A stretch of 64,000 bases of DNA from Phallusia mammillata (taxonomy: Eukaryota), in assembly GCA_965637545.1 (NCBI GenBank), contig OZ281499.1, forward strand, positions 8,370,001-8,434,000, in the 5' to 3' direction. This document shows positions 62,801-64,000 of the stretch, in pieces. The notes under the pieces are model-generated. The model was given only the letters and a program-made list of their open reading frames with translations. It made no database searches and was not told where the DNA came from. A program made the position numbers and the translations under genes. Numbering within the stretch: position 1 is the first letter of the stretch; each line of letters starts with the position of its first letter.

Positions 62801-62919
62801 GTACTTTGCTGGATTTTCATCTGTGTGAATCCCACATTAATGTCAAATTCTCAGATTTACATTTAAAATATATATATATATTTCAATTATCAGTTCAATT
62901 AAAAAAATTGCCTTATCAT

Positions 62920-63623
62920 TAGGGCAATTATTTTTTGACCTAAAAAACGAAAAATTTTGACCTACAAATTGAAAATTTTGACAATTTTGACTTTAAAAAA
63001 CTTTTTTTTGACAAAATTTTGACCTATGAAAAATTCAAGTAGTTAAATTACACATTATTGTACAAAAAGTTAAAATATGGCTGTAGGCTACTCTGTAGAG
63101 CAAATGTCTAACAGAAGGCAAAAATCTGAACACAGACCTAGCCTGTTCTGAAAAGGGAAATTAGCTAATTAAAAATCACTGCCAAAAAACTGCAGCTAAG
63201 ACACAACGAAAATTATTCAATACCGTTGTCTAAACGAAAGATACATGAAATACGTAAAGCAAAATCGAAGCAAGAGCTGCACCTAACCTGCAGCTGCCGT
63301 AAAATGACTTGGGACCTACCAAAATTTTGCACGTTTTGAGATGTGTTGAGCATAACGCCATATCAACCTAATTATTTCACTCACTTTATGGTTTATGATT
63401 CACAATAAATAGGCAATAGGCCAATTACAACAGTATAAAGTAGGCTACAAGGTGTAAAATGAACAGTTCACTGACAGTGCAACCTCTACAACACCACGGC
63501 AATGCAGTTTGTAAACAATTTTAACTTTGTAAAAAAATTTGACTTTGTGAACAATTTAGACAATTTTTGACCTATTCCAAAAATTGTGACAAAATTCAAG
63601 TCAAAAAATATATATTTGCCCTA
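62920..63623. mobile_element. Non-autonomous hAT-like element with TAGGG termini (704 bp)
   Basis: TAGGGCAATTATTTTTT / AAAAAATATATATTTGCCCTA ends; many TTTTGAC subterminal repeats at both ends; imperfect TSD CTTATCAT / CTATCATG. Confidence 0.65.
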
Positions 63624-64000
63624 CTATCATGTTTTTGTTATTGTTTAATATTGTTGAATAAAATCTAAATGGTTTCTTGGAAACGCTCAATGAAACATAA
63701 CCTTCCAATTTTGCTTTCCACTTTTTCATTTACCCTAAAATTTTATCTTGTAACTATATAATTATCAAACTGTTGCAATAAGCATTCAGTCATTATTACC
63801 TATGTTTTGGCATTGGAAAAAAGGAACTTGGTTTACCCACTTGATAAAAAAAACTTCTATAAATGATTTACAGAGGTTTACCATTGCCTAAGTCCGAGTA
63901 GGGCTGTATCTGTATGAATTGTGAATATATATTTATGCAAGCCAATAAGCCATCCTTAACTTCAGTTGTCTTTTGCATATTCAATTTTCAAAGTACAGTA

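Noticed and set aside
63870-63900. Possible fifth exon of the N4BP1/KHNYN-like gene after TTTACAG
   Set aside because: Joining in phase 0 to exon 4 hits a stop after five codons.

Overview
This is AT-rich (roughly one-third GC), intron-rich eukaryotic genomic DNA. The gene content (HSPB7-like, N4BP1/KHNYN-like, CPE/CPN-like, SLC35G) and short introns suggest a non-vertebrate chordate, most likely a tunicate; that is an inference. I spliced exons by hand using GT-AG boundaries and phase continuity. In order, the window holds: (1) two tandem 9-exon type-B carboxylesterases (+; 2173-6970, 9339-16407) with intact catalytic triads, no signal peptide and both canonical disulfides lost; (2) a 10-exon secreted M14B metallocarboxypeptidase (-; 30742-21444); (3) five SLC35G/EamA paralogues (34753-47918) sharing one intron position, three intact, one 5'-deleted pseudogene and one frameshifted; (4) a near-perfect 4,989-bp tandem duplication (48659-58638) carrying short exons of a divergent claudin/PMP22-like membrane protein that the ORF track misses; (5) an HSPB7-like small heat-shock gene (-) head-to-head with the 5' exons of an N4BP1/KHNYN-like gene (+), which runs off the window. 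Non-coding DNA contains at least 11 hAT (Buster/Charlie-type) non-autonomous elements with 8-bp TSDs, a tRNA-derived SINE family, a Helentron-like element with a 128-bp array, and a low-complexity repeat. Most entries in the supplied ORF track are antisense shadows, intron read-throughs or chance ORFs.
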